Shown here: positions 9,795 through 19,165 of the stretch, piece by piece | How the letters are laid out: every line of letters begins with the position of its first letter | Position numbering within the stretch: the stretch's first letter is position 1 | Source of the DNA: Acutalibacteraceae bacterium | Lineage (GTDB): Bacteria > Bacillota > Clostridia > Oscillospirales > Acutalibacteraceae | Length of the DNA: 64,000 nt | Direction of reading: 5' to 3' | NCBI GenBank assembly: GCA_045539875.1 | Contig: JAZQGF010000005.1 | Coordinates: 46,341-110,340, forward strand | Made by a program: the position numbers and the translations under genes | Notes under the pieces: model-generated | What the model saw: only the letters and a program-made list of their open reading frames with translations | The model's database searches: none | Told to the model about the DNA's origin: nothing

Positions 9795-11687
9795 ATGACA
9801 ACATTAAAAGGCGTTATTGCTCTTATTCAGGTTATCCTTGTTGCGGTGGGAATAATCCCTGTCAGCACAGAAATAAACTACGGCGGAAATGCTTATGAAG
9901 CTCCCGAAATAGCAGCTCCGATGTATATAGTCCGTGACGGCAAAACCGATTATTCCATCGTAACGGCTGAAAATCCCGATGAATGCACCCTCTCCGCCGT
10001 CCGTGAGCTTCAAGAGTATCTTGAAAAAATCAGCGGTGCAAAGCTTCCCTATATTGCCGAATCCGAGCTTGAAGAAGGCGAAAAAGCAATCCTTCTGGGC
10101 AAAACGGAGCTTTCTGAAGCTCTTACCGACACCGACTGCTCCGAAATCGGCAAGGACGGATTTCTGCTTTTCTCCGACGGTGATTATCTTATCATAAACG
10201 GCTCCGACAGCAGAGGCACTCTCTACGGAGTTTACACCTTCCTTGAAGAATATCTCGGGGTTCGATGGTTCACTCCCAAGCTTGAGGTTGTTCCCGAAAG
10301 CAAAAATGTTGTTATCGATTCAGCCGTCAACCGCATCGTTGAGCCTTCGTTTGAAATCCGCAGGAATGACCCGGCAGGCACAAATGATGCATACCGTGCA
10401 AAAAGCAGAATGAATGTTTCATTCTGGAAAGAAATGCCTGAATACGGCGGAGCGCTGACCTATGTCCTCTGGGATGTAACTCTTGACAAGCTCGTTCCCG
10501 ATGCCCTTTTCACAGAGCATCCCGAATATTTCGCAATGAATCCCGACGGCACACGCACAACCGACCATGTATGCCTCAGCCATCCCGAAGTTCTTCCGAT
10601 TGCTGTTGAAAACGCAAGAAATGCCATTCTCGGATGCGAAAGAGAAACCTCAAAGCATATTCACATCGGGCAGAAGGATAATTCCAACTACTGTCACTGC
10701 GAAACCTGCGAAGCTCTTTATGAAAAATACGGCAGCGTTTCTGCTCCGACAATCATTTTTACCAATAATTTTGCGGATGCGCTCGATGATGAATTCCCCG
10801 ATTTCACCTTCACTTTTTACGCATACGGCGAAACCGACCGTCCCCCGACGGATATGACTTTGCGATGCAATCCGAATGTTGTTCCCGTTCTCTGCGGACT
10901 TCACAGAGCCTGCCGAAGCCATCCGCTGACAGAGTGCGGCGCAATGGACGGCATTGAAAACGAAACCTTTGATATGCAATACGGCAATCCCGAGCCGCAG
11001 GTTGCAGAAGATTTCGCAAACTGGGTTAAGCTCGCCGACAGAACTTATATCTATGACTACACGATAAATTTTCTCAACACGGCGCAGTTCTTCTCAAATT
11101 TTGAAACAATGCAATCTACGATGAAATATATGCACGATATCGGTATCACGGGCTATGTTTATAACTGCGGCGACGGACACTATGCTGCTTTCAACGAGCT
11201 GAGAAACTATCTTCTCACAAAGCTTCAGTGGAATGTTGACTGCGATGTTGAATATCACATGATTGATTTCTTAAAGGCATATTACGGCGAGGATGCCGCA
11301 CCGTATATCAAGGAAATTATTGATATTCAGACCGCATATCTCAGAGAAACGGGTCATGCCTTTGACTTTGACTGGCATTATCAGGCAGGCTTCATTCCTC
11401 TCAATGTCTGCGCAAAGCTTGATATCCTTTGGGAAAAGGCGCTCAACGCAGATATAACCGATGAACAGCGTTTTGAGGTTGAAGTTGCAAATCTCAGCTG
11501 GGAATATTTCAAAGCTAATCTTTTTATCGGAGAGTATTTCTTCCTCAATCCGTTCAGGCTGAAAGCCAATGAAGAACTTTATGACGGCTTCATATCGCAC
11601 GGTCTTAACAGAGTTTCGTCATTTGCTGTCATTCCCGAAAAGAGCGAGGTTGACTTTATTAACCGACCCTACATCTGGGGAAAATAA
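9795..11687 (+). CDS. Secreted DUF4838-like glycoside-hydrolase-related protein
   Basis: N-terminal hydrophobic segment; GTLYGVYTFLEEYLGVRWFTP; HPEYFAM; CHCETC. Confidence 0.7.
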   Translation: MTTLKGVIALIQVILVAVGIIPVSTEINYGGNAYEAPEIAAPMYIVRDGKTDYSIVTAENPDECTLSAVRELQEYLEKISGAKLPYIAESELEEGEKAILLGKTELSEALTDTDCSEIGKDGFLLFSDGDYLIINGSDSRGTLYGVYTFLEEYLGVRWFTPKLEVVPESKNVVIDSAVNRIVEPSFEIRRNDPAGTNDAYRAKSRMNVSFWKEMPEYGGALTYVLWDVTLDKLVPDALFTEHPEYFAMNPDGTRTTDHVCLSHPEVLPIAVENARNAILGCERETSKHIHIGQKDNSNYCHCETCEALYEKYGSVSAPTIIFTNNFADALDDEFPDFTFTFYAYGETDRPPTDMTLRCNPNVVPVLCGLHRACRSHPLTECGAMDGIENETFDMQYGNPEPQVAEDFANWVKLADRTYIYDYTINFLNTAQFFSNFETMQSTMKYMHDIGITGYVYNCGDGHYAAFNELRNYLLTKLQWNVDCDVEYHMIDFLKAYYGEDAAPYIKEIIDIQTAYLRETGHAFDFDWHYQAGFIPLNVCAKLDILWEKALNADITDEQRFEVEVANLSWEYFKANLFIGEYFFLNPFRLKANEELYDGFISHGLNRVSSFAVIPEKSEVDFINRPYIWGK

Positions 11688-11712
11688 TTCACAACATCAA
11701 AAGGAGAAAAAC

Positions 11713-12165
11713 ATGAACAGAATAACGAGCTTTACCGTTGACCACGACCTTCTGACCGAAGGCATCTATGTTTCACGCATTGACGGAGATATAACCACTT
11801 ATGATATGAGAACAAGGGTTCCAAACTCGGGCGATTTTATGGACACAACAACAGCCCACACGGTTGAGCATATGTTTGCAACCTTCGTTCGCAATTCCGA
11901 AATAAAGGACGATGTTATCTATTTCGGTCCCATGGGCTGCCGAACGGGATTTTATCTGCTTGTGCGAAATGCAGACAACGCAAAAATCCTTGAAATAACA
12001 AAGAAGATTCTTGCCGATATCATCGCCTATGACGGCGAGGTTTTCGGAAACACAAGAAAGGAATGCGGAAACTATCTTGACCTTAACCTTGAAAAGGCAA
12101 AGGAGGAATGCCGCAGATACCTCAAAGCACTTGAAGCGGAACAGACATTTGAATACAGAAAATAA
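11713..12165 (+). CDS. luxS: S-ribosylhomocysteine lyase
   Basis: SFTVDH, HTVEH, GPMGCRTGFY, CGNY; AAGGAG RBS. Confidence 0.96.
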   Translation: MNRITSFTVDHDLLTEGIYVSRIDGDITTYDMRTRVPNSGDFMDTTTAHTVEHMFATFVRNSEIKDDVIYFGPMGCRTGFYLLVRNADNAKILEITKKILADIIAYDGEVFGNTRKECGNYLDLNLEKAKEECRRYLKALEAEQTFEYRK

Positions 12166-12166
12166 A

Positions 12167-12206
12167 AAAGCACGGTCGTTTTCAGATTTGTAAAACGACC
12201 GTGTTT
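12167..12206. terminator. Bidirectional terminator
   Basis: GCACGGTCGTTTT..AAAACGACCGTGT hairpin between convergent genes. Confidence 0.75.
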
Positions 12207-12210
12207 ATGT

Positions 12211-12969
12211 TTATTTTGTTGCTTCTGCAGTTTCCTTTTCAAAATTGACTGCCTTATTGCCCTTGTGGCGGTAGGGTACAAACTTGATAAAGAAATATGC
12301 AAGCGCTGCGCCGACTGAATTGAGAACGATATCTGCCATTGTATCCATCAAAGGCCAGCGAGCATCAACGATAGGGTCAAAAAGAGTCAGCTCTTTAGGT
12401 GTTCCGAGTGCGAGTTCAAGCGACCAGTGCTGTGCATCGCCGGGATAGCCGCCCATCATGCCTGCAATCTGGTCAAAGCCGAATTCAAAAAGCTCCCAAC
12501 AGGTTGATGCGAGGAACGAAAATCCGACCGATGCGAGAAGAATAAGAGTCATGGGCGCGGTTGATTTTCTGGCTTTAAGAATAGCGCATACGATTTCGTA
12601 GCCAAAGAATACGCAGGCACCGCCGCCCACAAAGTGGAGAATAACATCCCACCATCTGAAATCATAATAGAGATTGAGGAACTTTCCGCCGAATGAGCCG
12701 CACCAAATCATAATCATAAGAGCAGTCTGCACGCCCGAGGAAACATAGCGAAAAATGCTCTTTTTGGGGAATGCCATAAAGATTTCCCAAACAAAGGTGC
12801 AAAGGAAATTTGCGCCGACCTGAAGGGGGTCTGTTATGTCAAACGCCTCTCCCTCGGCAGGGAAAAAGCCTTTGATAAATGCAAAAATAAGCGATGCTCT
12901 GAGTATCCACCAGAAAATAAATCTGTATGTGGGGCAGTTGTCTTTTAAACGCTGAATATATTCTTTCAT
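12211..12969 (-). CDS. Integral membrane protein (DUF2238-like)
   Basis: Multiple transmembrane segments; WDVILH..WELFEF..DTMAD pattern. Confidence 0.55.
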   Translation of the reverse strand: MKEYIQRLKDNCPTYRFIFWWILRASLIFAFIKGFFPAEGEAFDITDPLQVGANFLCTFVWEIFMAFPKKSIFRYVSSGVQTALMIMIWCGSFGGKFLNLYYDFRWWDVILHFVGGGACVFFGYEIVCAILKARKSTAPMTLILLASVGFSFLASTCWELFEFGFDQIAGMMGGYPGDAQHWSLELALGTPKELTLFDPIVDARWPLMDTMADIVLNSVGAALAYFFIKFVPYRHKGNKAVNFEKETAEATK

Positions 12970-13101
12970 ATTTTTTCTCCGTTCGTGTGTTTTGCTGTTT
13001 CAGTATATCAATATTTTTCAGCGGTGTCAATAACAGTTTGATTTTATTAAAAACTTGTGATATTATATAAAACTGTAAAACATCTTTCAAAGGAGCGCAA
13101 C

Positions 13102-14238
13102 ATGACACAGAAGCTTTATTATGAAAATCAATATATAAAAGAATTTACCGCAGCCGTTATTTCATGCACAGAGGGCAAGAGAGGTTTTGAGGTTATTCTT
13201 GACAAAACTGCGTTTTTCCCTGAGGGCGGCGGTCAGCCCGGCGACACAGGCTTTATCGGTACGGCACAGGTTATTGACACCGTTGAAAGCGGCGAGGATG
13301 TTATTCACATCTGCAGCGAAGCGGTTGAGGGCGAGGTTGAGTGCAGACTTGATTTTAAAAAAAGATTCACCAACATGCAGCAGCACACGGGCGAACACAT
13401 TTTTTCGGGAATAATCCATTCAATCTGCGGCTGCGACAATGTCGGCTTTCACATGGGCGAGCACAACATAACCGTTGATTTCAACTGCGCAGTTACTCAG
13501 CAGCAGCTTGAAGAAGCTGAAAGACTTTCAAATGAAGCGGTTTTCGCAAATATTCCCGTTGAAGCGGTTTATCCTTCCGATGAAGAGCTTTGCAATTACG
13601 ATTACAGAAGCAAGAAAGAAATCAAGGGTCAGGTGCGCCTGACGAAAATCGAAGGCGTTGACCTTTGCGCCTGTTGCGGAACACATGTTGCATTTACGGG
13701 CGAGGTTGGAATAATCAAGGTTATTTCAATGTCTAACTATAAATCCGGAGTGCGCATCACTCTCCAGATTGGCAGAAAGGCTCTTGCCGATTATTGCGAA
13801 AAGAATAAAAGTGTACATGAAATTTCAGCACTTCTCAAAGCAAAAACAAATGAAATCACCTCTGCAGTTGAACGAGTTATGGCTCAGCTTCAGGAATCAA
13901 GATATAAATATTCCTCGCTCAAAAAAGAGATTTTTGCAGTAAAAGCAAAGGATGCTTCGGGCGAAAAATTCATTGCATTTGATGACGGCGGAGAAGCCGA
14001 GGATGCAAGGGTTTTCAGCGATATGCTTGCAGAGAAGGCAGGCATTGCGGCAGTATTTTCAGGCAATGACGAAAACGGCTATAAGTATGCAATAACAAGC
14101 CGTTCCGAGGATGTAAGAGCAATCGGAAAAAAACTCAACTCGACATGCAGCGGCAGAGGCGGCGGAAAGCCCGATATGGTTCAGGGCTCGGTTGCCGCAA
14201 AGCGTGAAGAAATCGAAAAATTCTGGAATAATTTATGA
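13102..14238 (+). CDS. AlaX-like alanyl-tRNA editing protein with DHHA1 domain
   Basis: FFPEGGGQPGD, QQHTGEH, CCGTHV, GRGGGK. Confidence 0.9.
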   Translation: MTQKLYYENQYIKEFTAAVISCTEGKRGFEVILDKTAFFPEGGGQPGDTGFIGTAQVIDTVESGEDVIHICSEAVEGEVECRLDFKKRFTNMQQHTGEHIFSGIIHSICGCDNVGFHMGEHNITVDFNCAVTQQQLEEAERLSNEAVFANIPVEAVYPSDEELCNYDYRSKKEIKGQVRLTKIEGVDLCACCGTHVAFTGEVGIIKVISMSNYKSGVRITLQIGRKALADYCEKNKSVHEISALLKAKTNEITSAVERVMAQLQESRYKYSSLKKEIFAVKAKDASGEKFIAFDDGGEAEDARVFSDMLAEKAGIAAVFSGNDENGYKYAITSRSEDVRAIGKKLNSTCSGRGGGKPDMVQGSVAAKREEIEKFWNNL

Positions 14239-14378
14239 TTATTTAATGAGGGCACATCAGTACGGTGTGCCCTTAATATATATAAAACAGCTATAAAAAC
14301 AACCTGTCTTTTTTGTTTAAAATTATACTTGTATTTACAATTTAATAGGACTAAAATAAGGGAGAAAGAAGGTGCGTT

Positions 14379-14732
14379 ATGGATAAAGAAAAAATCATCA
14401 GGGAAGAAAGCGACAATCTGGGCAGTGTTATAAAGAATCTGATTGATTTTGATGCTCAGCAGAGAGAAATTATTTCTTCCGAAATCGCATCAAGAGAAAC
14501 GCTCCAAAAAGAGCTTGAAGCTCAGAGAAGCGAAATAAACGAAAAATATATGAAACAGGCAGAAGAAAAGCTTGCAATGCTCGAAAAGAGCGAAAACGAG
14601 CGCGCCGAAAAAGCTGTAAGAGCTGCGGAATCCGCTGCGGCAAAAAACATTGCCGAGCTTGAAAAAACAGCGGCAAAAAATAATGATTACTGGGTAGAAG
14701 AAATCTACAAAAGAACGGTTAAAGGCGAATAA
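14379..14732 (+). CDS. V/A-type ATPase subunit G/H-like coiled-coil protein
   Basis: Charged helical 117 aa protein heading the ATPase operon. Confidence 0.65.
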   Translation: MDKEKIIREESDNLGSVIKNLIDFDAQQREIISSEIASRETLQKELEAQRSEINEKYMKQAEEKLAMLEKSENERAEKAVRAAESAAAKNIAELEKTAAKNNDYWVEEIYKRTVKGE

Positions 14733-14765
14733 TATACAACAGATAAAACGAAAGGAGGCAATCAT

Positions 14766-15821
14766 ATGGAATCAAGAGCATCCAACTCCGTTATGACAAG
14801 AGCGAGAGCCAAATACGGCGCAAGCCTGAGCAACGCGGATTTTGATGCGCTTGCAGGGCTTTCAAGCCTTGGCGAAGCAGTTTCATATCTGCGCACAAGA
14901 ACTCATTTCGCTCCGTACTTTGAAAAACTTGCCTCCGACCCGTCTCTTTCAAGAATCAAGCTTGAATCTGCAGTCAAAACCGCCTTTATGGCTGAAGCAC
15001 AGCGGCTCTGCGGTTTTGAAAAGAGTGTGGGCAGCACTATTTACAATTACATCGTTATAAGCAGCGAAGCTGAGCTTCTGCTCGACTATATCATCAACCT
15101 TTCGCAGGGTACTCCCGAAAAGATGATTTTTAAGCTGCCTTCAAAATATGCAAGCCCCTCCAAAATTGATTTTGCTAAGCTCTTTCAGATAAACGATGTT
15201 GCTCAGCTGTCAAGATACCTTCAGAAAACAAAATTTTCAAAGCTTGTGACCGTGCTCCCGAAAAACAATAATAGCGAATTCGATATTTCACTGATTGAAG
15301 CCACCATCGAAAGAATAAAATACGGCATAGTTTTCGGCATTATCGGCAAGGCATTTCCTTCCGAAACGGCAAAAACCCTTTCCGAAGGCATACTGATGAG
15401 AATTGAACTTACCGATTTTAACCTCGTTTACAGAGCAAAGAAATATTACGGTCTTTCCGAAAATTATATTCGCACAAACCTCGTCGGCTACCGTTGTCTG
15501 CTTTCATCGAAAACGGCAGAAAGCATTCTTGCCGCGTCGACCGCCGAAGACGCCCTCAATCTTCTCAAAAGCTCCCGTTACGCATCAAAAATTGAGCGTC
15601 ACGGAATTGAAGATATTGAGCTTTTCTGCAAAAAGGCGGCAATTGATTCCGACATAAGGCAGATTCATTTTTCTGCCGACCCTGCGGTTGTGCTTGCCGC
15701 ATATCTGCGCATTTTTGAAACGGAATGCGAAAATGTTATAAAAATAATCGAAGGCATTTCTTATAAAATGCCAAAAGAAGAAATACTGAAAAATCTGATT
15801 ATTATAAAGAAAGGAGCGTGA
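14766..15821 (+). CDS. ntpC: V/A-type ATPase subunit C
   Basis: RARAKYG.. start, ECENVIKIIEGISY end; operon position. Confidence 0.85.
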   Translation: MESRASNSVMTRARAKYGASLSNADFDALAGLSSLGEAVSYLRTRTHFAPYFEKLASDPSLSRIKLESAVKTAFMAEAQRLCGFEKSVGSTIYNYIVISSEAELLLDYIINLSQGTPEKMIFKLPSKYASPSKIDFAKLFQINDVAQLSRYLQKTKFSKLVTVLPKNNNSEFDISLIEATIERIKYGIVFGIIGKAFPSETAKTLSEGILMRIELTDFNLVYRAKKYYGLSENYIRTNLVGYRCLLSSKTAESILAASTAEDALNLLKSSRYASKIERHGIEDIELFCKKAAIDSDIRQIHFSADPAVVLAAYLRIFETECENVIKIIEGISYKMPKEEILKNLIIIKKGA

Positions 15822-15825
15822 GTGA

Positions 15826-17742
15826 ATGGCTGTTGAAAAAATGAAGCTTCTGACAATACTCGGCCCTTACGAAAGCCTTAACAAAGTTATCGGCTTATGC
15901 ATTGAAAGCGAAAATTTTCAGCCCGAAAATGCATCGGAATTCATGGGTGATTCCGAAGGCTTCTCTTACATCAGCGAAGAGAATCCCTATTCCTTCAGGC
16001 TTATGAAAATCAAAGAGATTTTTGCGCATTTTAATCAGCCGCCGAAATTTATCGAGGACTGCTCATCGGTTGACATTGACGAGGCAAACCGAAGAATCGA
16101 TGCTCTTTATGAAACAATAAAAACAATCAACGACCATGACACGCTGGTTAACACCAGAATTGACGAAATCAAGCGTGCAATTGAGCAGCTTTCTCACTTT
16201 GAACACATGGATATCAATCTCGACGATGTTTTTGACTGCGACTATATCCGTGTGCGCTTCGGCAGACTGCCGTTTGACGGCTTTGAAAAGCTGAAAAAAT
16301 ACAACAAGGATATAAGCTCTATTTTTTACCCCGATTCAAGCGACGATGTCGGATACTGGGGAATGTATGTAACTCCCATCGACCAAGCCGCCGAAGCAGA
16401 CAGAGTTTATGCCTCGCTCTTTTTCGAAAGACTCCGTTTGCCGAGCTATGACGGCTCACCTGCATCCACTTTAAAGCATCTTCAGGAGGAGCTTGCCTCC
16501 CTTGAAGAAAGCAAAAAGCAGATTGATGAAAGCGACGATATATATTTTGAAGATCATACAGAGCTTTTCCATCTGTATTATTCAAGGATAAAAACCCTCT
16601 GCGATTCGTTTGAGGTAAGAAAATACGCCGCAAAATATCACTCAAGCTTCTTCCTTGCAGGCTGGGTTCCCCAAAAGGAAGAAAAAAGGCTTACGGATAT
16701 GCTTCACTCGGTTGAGGGTGTTGAGGTTGAATCGGCAGAGCCGAAGGAATTCAAAAAGCTCACTCCGCCCACCAAAACAAAAAATTCAATCCTCACAAAA
16801 GCATATCAGTTCTATACGGAAATTTACGGCGTGCCCTCATATAACGAGGTTGACCCCACTCCGCTTGTTGCGGTTGTTTACACCCTGCTTTACGGCATCA
16901 TGTTTGCCGACCTCGGACAAGGCATCGTGCTTGCAATCGTCGGCTGGCTGATGTTTAAGCTCAAAGGCATGAGACTCGGAAAAATCCTCATTCCGTGCGG
17001 AATCAGCGCCGCCCTTTTCGGAACGGCATTCGGCAGCGTTTTCGGCTATGAAGAGCTGCTCAACCCCATGTTCCATGCGCTCGGTTTTGAAGAAAAACCG
17101 ATTGAAATTATGGATTCGGCGCTGATGTTTATCATCGTTTCAATCGTGCTCGGTGTTGCGGTAATCATCGTTTCGATGCTGTTCAATGTTGTTTCAGGCA
17201 TAAAGAAACGGGATTTCTGCTCGGCAATATTCGGGCATAACGGAATTGCAGGTATCGTTCTTTATTCCTCGCTCATTCTTTTACTAATCAATATGTTCAT
17301 GGGTCTCGGCATCAACACAAAGTCTCTTGCAATCGGCGGAATACTTGTTCCCGTTATACTCATTTTCTTAAAACATCCTCTCGGCGAGCTTGTCTGCGGC
17401 AAAAAGCCCAAGATTGAAAGCATGTCGGATTTTATAATTGAGAATTTCTTTGAGCTTTTTGAGGTTATTCTCAGCTACATGTCAAACACGCTCAGCTTTC
17501 TGCGTGTCGGCGCATTCGTGCTGATTCATGCCTGCATGATGTCAACCTTTGCGGCGTTGGCAGGAATCGCAGGCGGCGGTGCGGCGGAAATCATAATAAT
17601 GATATTCGGCAATATTTTTGTTATCGCCCTCGAAGGTCTGCTTGTCGGCATTCAGGTTTTGCGACTCAACTTCTACGAAATTTTCAGCCGCTTCTATGAC
17701 GGCGACGGAATTCCGTTTAATCCGATAAAAATCAACAGTTAA
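15826..17742 (+). CDS. ntpI: V/A-type ATPase subunit I (a)
   Basis: MFADLGQG, SNTLSFLRVGAF, LRLNFYEIFSRFY. Confidence 0.95.
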   Translation: MAVEKMKLLTILGPYESLNKVIGLCIESENFQPENASEFMGDSEGFSYISEENPYSFRLMKIKEIFAHFNQPPKFIEDCSSVDIDEANRRIDALYETIKTINDHDTLVNTRIDEIKRAIEQLSHFEHMDINLDDVFDCDYIRVRFGRLPFDGFEKLKKYNKDISSIFYPDSSDDVGYWGMYVTPIDQAAEADRVYASLFFERLRLPSYDGSPASTLKHLQEELASLEESKKQIDESDDIYFEDHTELFHLYYSRIKTLCDSFEVRKYAAKYHSSFFLAGWVPQKEEKRLTDMLHSVEGVEVESAEPKEFKKLTPPTKTKNSILTKAYQFYTEIYGVPSYNEVDPTPLVAVVYTLLYGIMFADLGQGIVLAIVGWLMFKLKGMRLGKILIPCGISAALFGTAFGSVFGYEELLNPMFHALGFEEKPIEIMDSALMFIIVSIVLGVAVIIVSMLFNVVSGIKKRDFCSAIFGHNGIAGIVLYSSLILLLINMFMGLGINTKSLAIGGILVPVILIFLKHPLGELVCGKKPKIESMSDFIIENFFELFEVILSYMSNTLSFLRVGAFVLIHACMMSTFAALAGIAGGGAAEIIIMIFGNIFVIALEGLLVGIQVLRLNFYEIFSRFYDGDGIPFNPIKINS

Positions 17743-17756
17743 AAAGGAGAATTATT

Positions 17757-18239
17757 ATGTCATCATTCACTATTGCTCTTTGCGTTATTCTTCCCATTCT
17801 TGCACTCGTTATTTCCGTATGGGCATCCATACGCTGCATGGATAAAACACACAGCGGCAAAACCGCTTTCGGCAGACAGCTTCTTGTTCTTGCCGTTGCA
17901 CTCACCGTTGCATTCTCATGCATGGGCGCAGCCTATGCGGCAGAGGATGCTGCTCCCGCATCAGAGGCTGCAGCAGTTGAAACCGTTGAAGAAGAAGCAG
18001 CCGAATCCGACGGCGGAATTGCACAGGGTCTGAGCTTTATCGGCGCAGCTCTTGCAATCGGTCTTGCGGCTATCGGCGCAGGTATCGCACTCGCATCGGG
18101 CGCACCTGCTGCCATCGGTGCAGTTGCGGAAGACCCCAAATCCTTCGGTAAGGCAATGATTTTCGTTGCTCTGGGCGAAGCTGTTGCTATCTACGGCTTC
18201 ATCATCGCCTTCCTTATGATTCTCCCCACTCTTCAGTAA
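17757..18239 (+). CDS. ntpK: V/A-type ATPase proteolipid subunit K (c) with N-terminal extension
   Basis: AALAIGLAAIGAGIA..GEAVAIYG hairpin. Confidence 0.9.
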   Translation: MSSFTIALCVILPILALVISVWASIRCMDKTHSGKTAFGRQLLVLAVALTVAFSCMGAAYAAEDAAPASEAAAVETVEEEAAESDGGIAQGLSFIGAALAIGLAAIGAGIALASGAPAAIGAVAEDPKSFGKAMIFVALGEAVAIYGFIIAFLMILPTLQ

Positions 18240-18242
18240 ACC

Positions 18243-18548
18243 ATGAAGTTCAGGCTTATAAGTGACAGCCATGATGCGCTGACAGGCATGCGGCTTTCGG
18301 GAATCGAAGGCGTTTTTGCCAAAACTGCGCAGGAGGCGGAAATACATTTAAAAGAATGCATTGATGATGAAACAATCGGCATCGTGCTTATCACGGAAAG
18401 ACTTGCGGCAAAATGCCCCGAATTCATTGACAGAATGAAGCTCGAAATGAGCAGACCTCTTGTTGTTACGATTCCCGGCTCAAAGCGCGACGAGCCGCAG
18501 GATAACATCATGCGCTATGTCCGTGAAGCAATCGGCATCAAGATTTAA
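18243..18548 (+). CDS. ntpF: V/A-type ATPase subunit F
   Basis: TGMRLSGIEG, PLVVTIP, VREAIG. Confidence 0.9.
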   Translation: MKFRLISDSHDALTGMRLSGIEGVFAKTAQEAEIHLKECIDDETIGIVLITERLAAKCPEFIDRMKLEMSRPLVVTIPGSKRDEPQDNIMRYVREAIGIKI

Positions 18549-18560
18549 GGCGGTGAAACC

Positions 18561-19154
18561 ATGATTCAGCAAGCAAAAATCAACAGCTTTATTAATTCAA
18601 TCAAAGATACGGCTGCGGAAAAAAGAGCCGCTATCAGCGCGGAAACGCAGGAAATGCTGAATTCCGAAAGAGCCGAAATGGAGGCTCAGGCAAAAAAATC
18701 CGCAGACGATTATATAAAAGCAAAAACCGCCTCAATAAAGCTTGAGGCAGGTCGCCGCATATCCGAAAGCGCAGCAGAATGCAGAAAAAAGGTTTTCAGC
18801 CGCAGAAACGAAATTGCGGATAAAACCCTTTCATCCGTTGCCGAAAAGCTCAAAGCATTCACTCAGTCGGATGAATATAAATCATTCCTGTTTGAAAGTG
18901 CGGAAAACATCCTCAAAAACTTTGGGGGCGGCAGCATTACCCTTCTTGTCAGACCCGAGGATATGAAATATGAATCCGAGCTTGAAGCAACGCTGAATGT
19001 ATCCGTTTCGGAGGATGCATCAATAAAAATCGGCGGCGTTAAAGGAATTAATTCCATAGTTACTCTTCTTATTGACGACACTCTCGACAGCCGTCTTGAA
19101 CAGCAGAAAAGATGGTTTGAAGAGAATTCAGGGCTTTATATCAGTATGAGATGA
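18561..19154 (+). CDS. ntpE: V/A-type ATPase subunit E
   Basis: Coiled coil, IGG..IDDTLDSRL. Confidence 0.85.
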   Translation: MIQQAKINSFINSIKDTAAEKRAAISAETQEMLNSERAEMEAQAKKSADDYIKAKTASIKLEAGRRISESAAECRKKVFSRRNEIADKTLSSVAEKLKAFTQSDEYKSFLFESAENILKNFGGGSITLLVRPEDMKYESELEATLNVSVSEDASIKIGGVKGINSIVTLLIDDTLDSRLEQQKRWFEENSGLYISMR

Positions 19155-19165
19155 GGAAAAGCATT

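Noticed and set aside
11569-11712. Long N-terminal extensions from the ORF track (luxS, ntpD, spmA, oxidoreductase, lipoprotein 29744)
   Set aside because: Downstream starts have good RBSs and match family N-termini.
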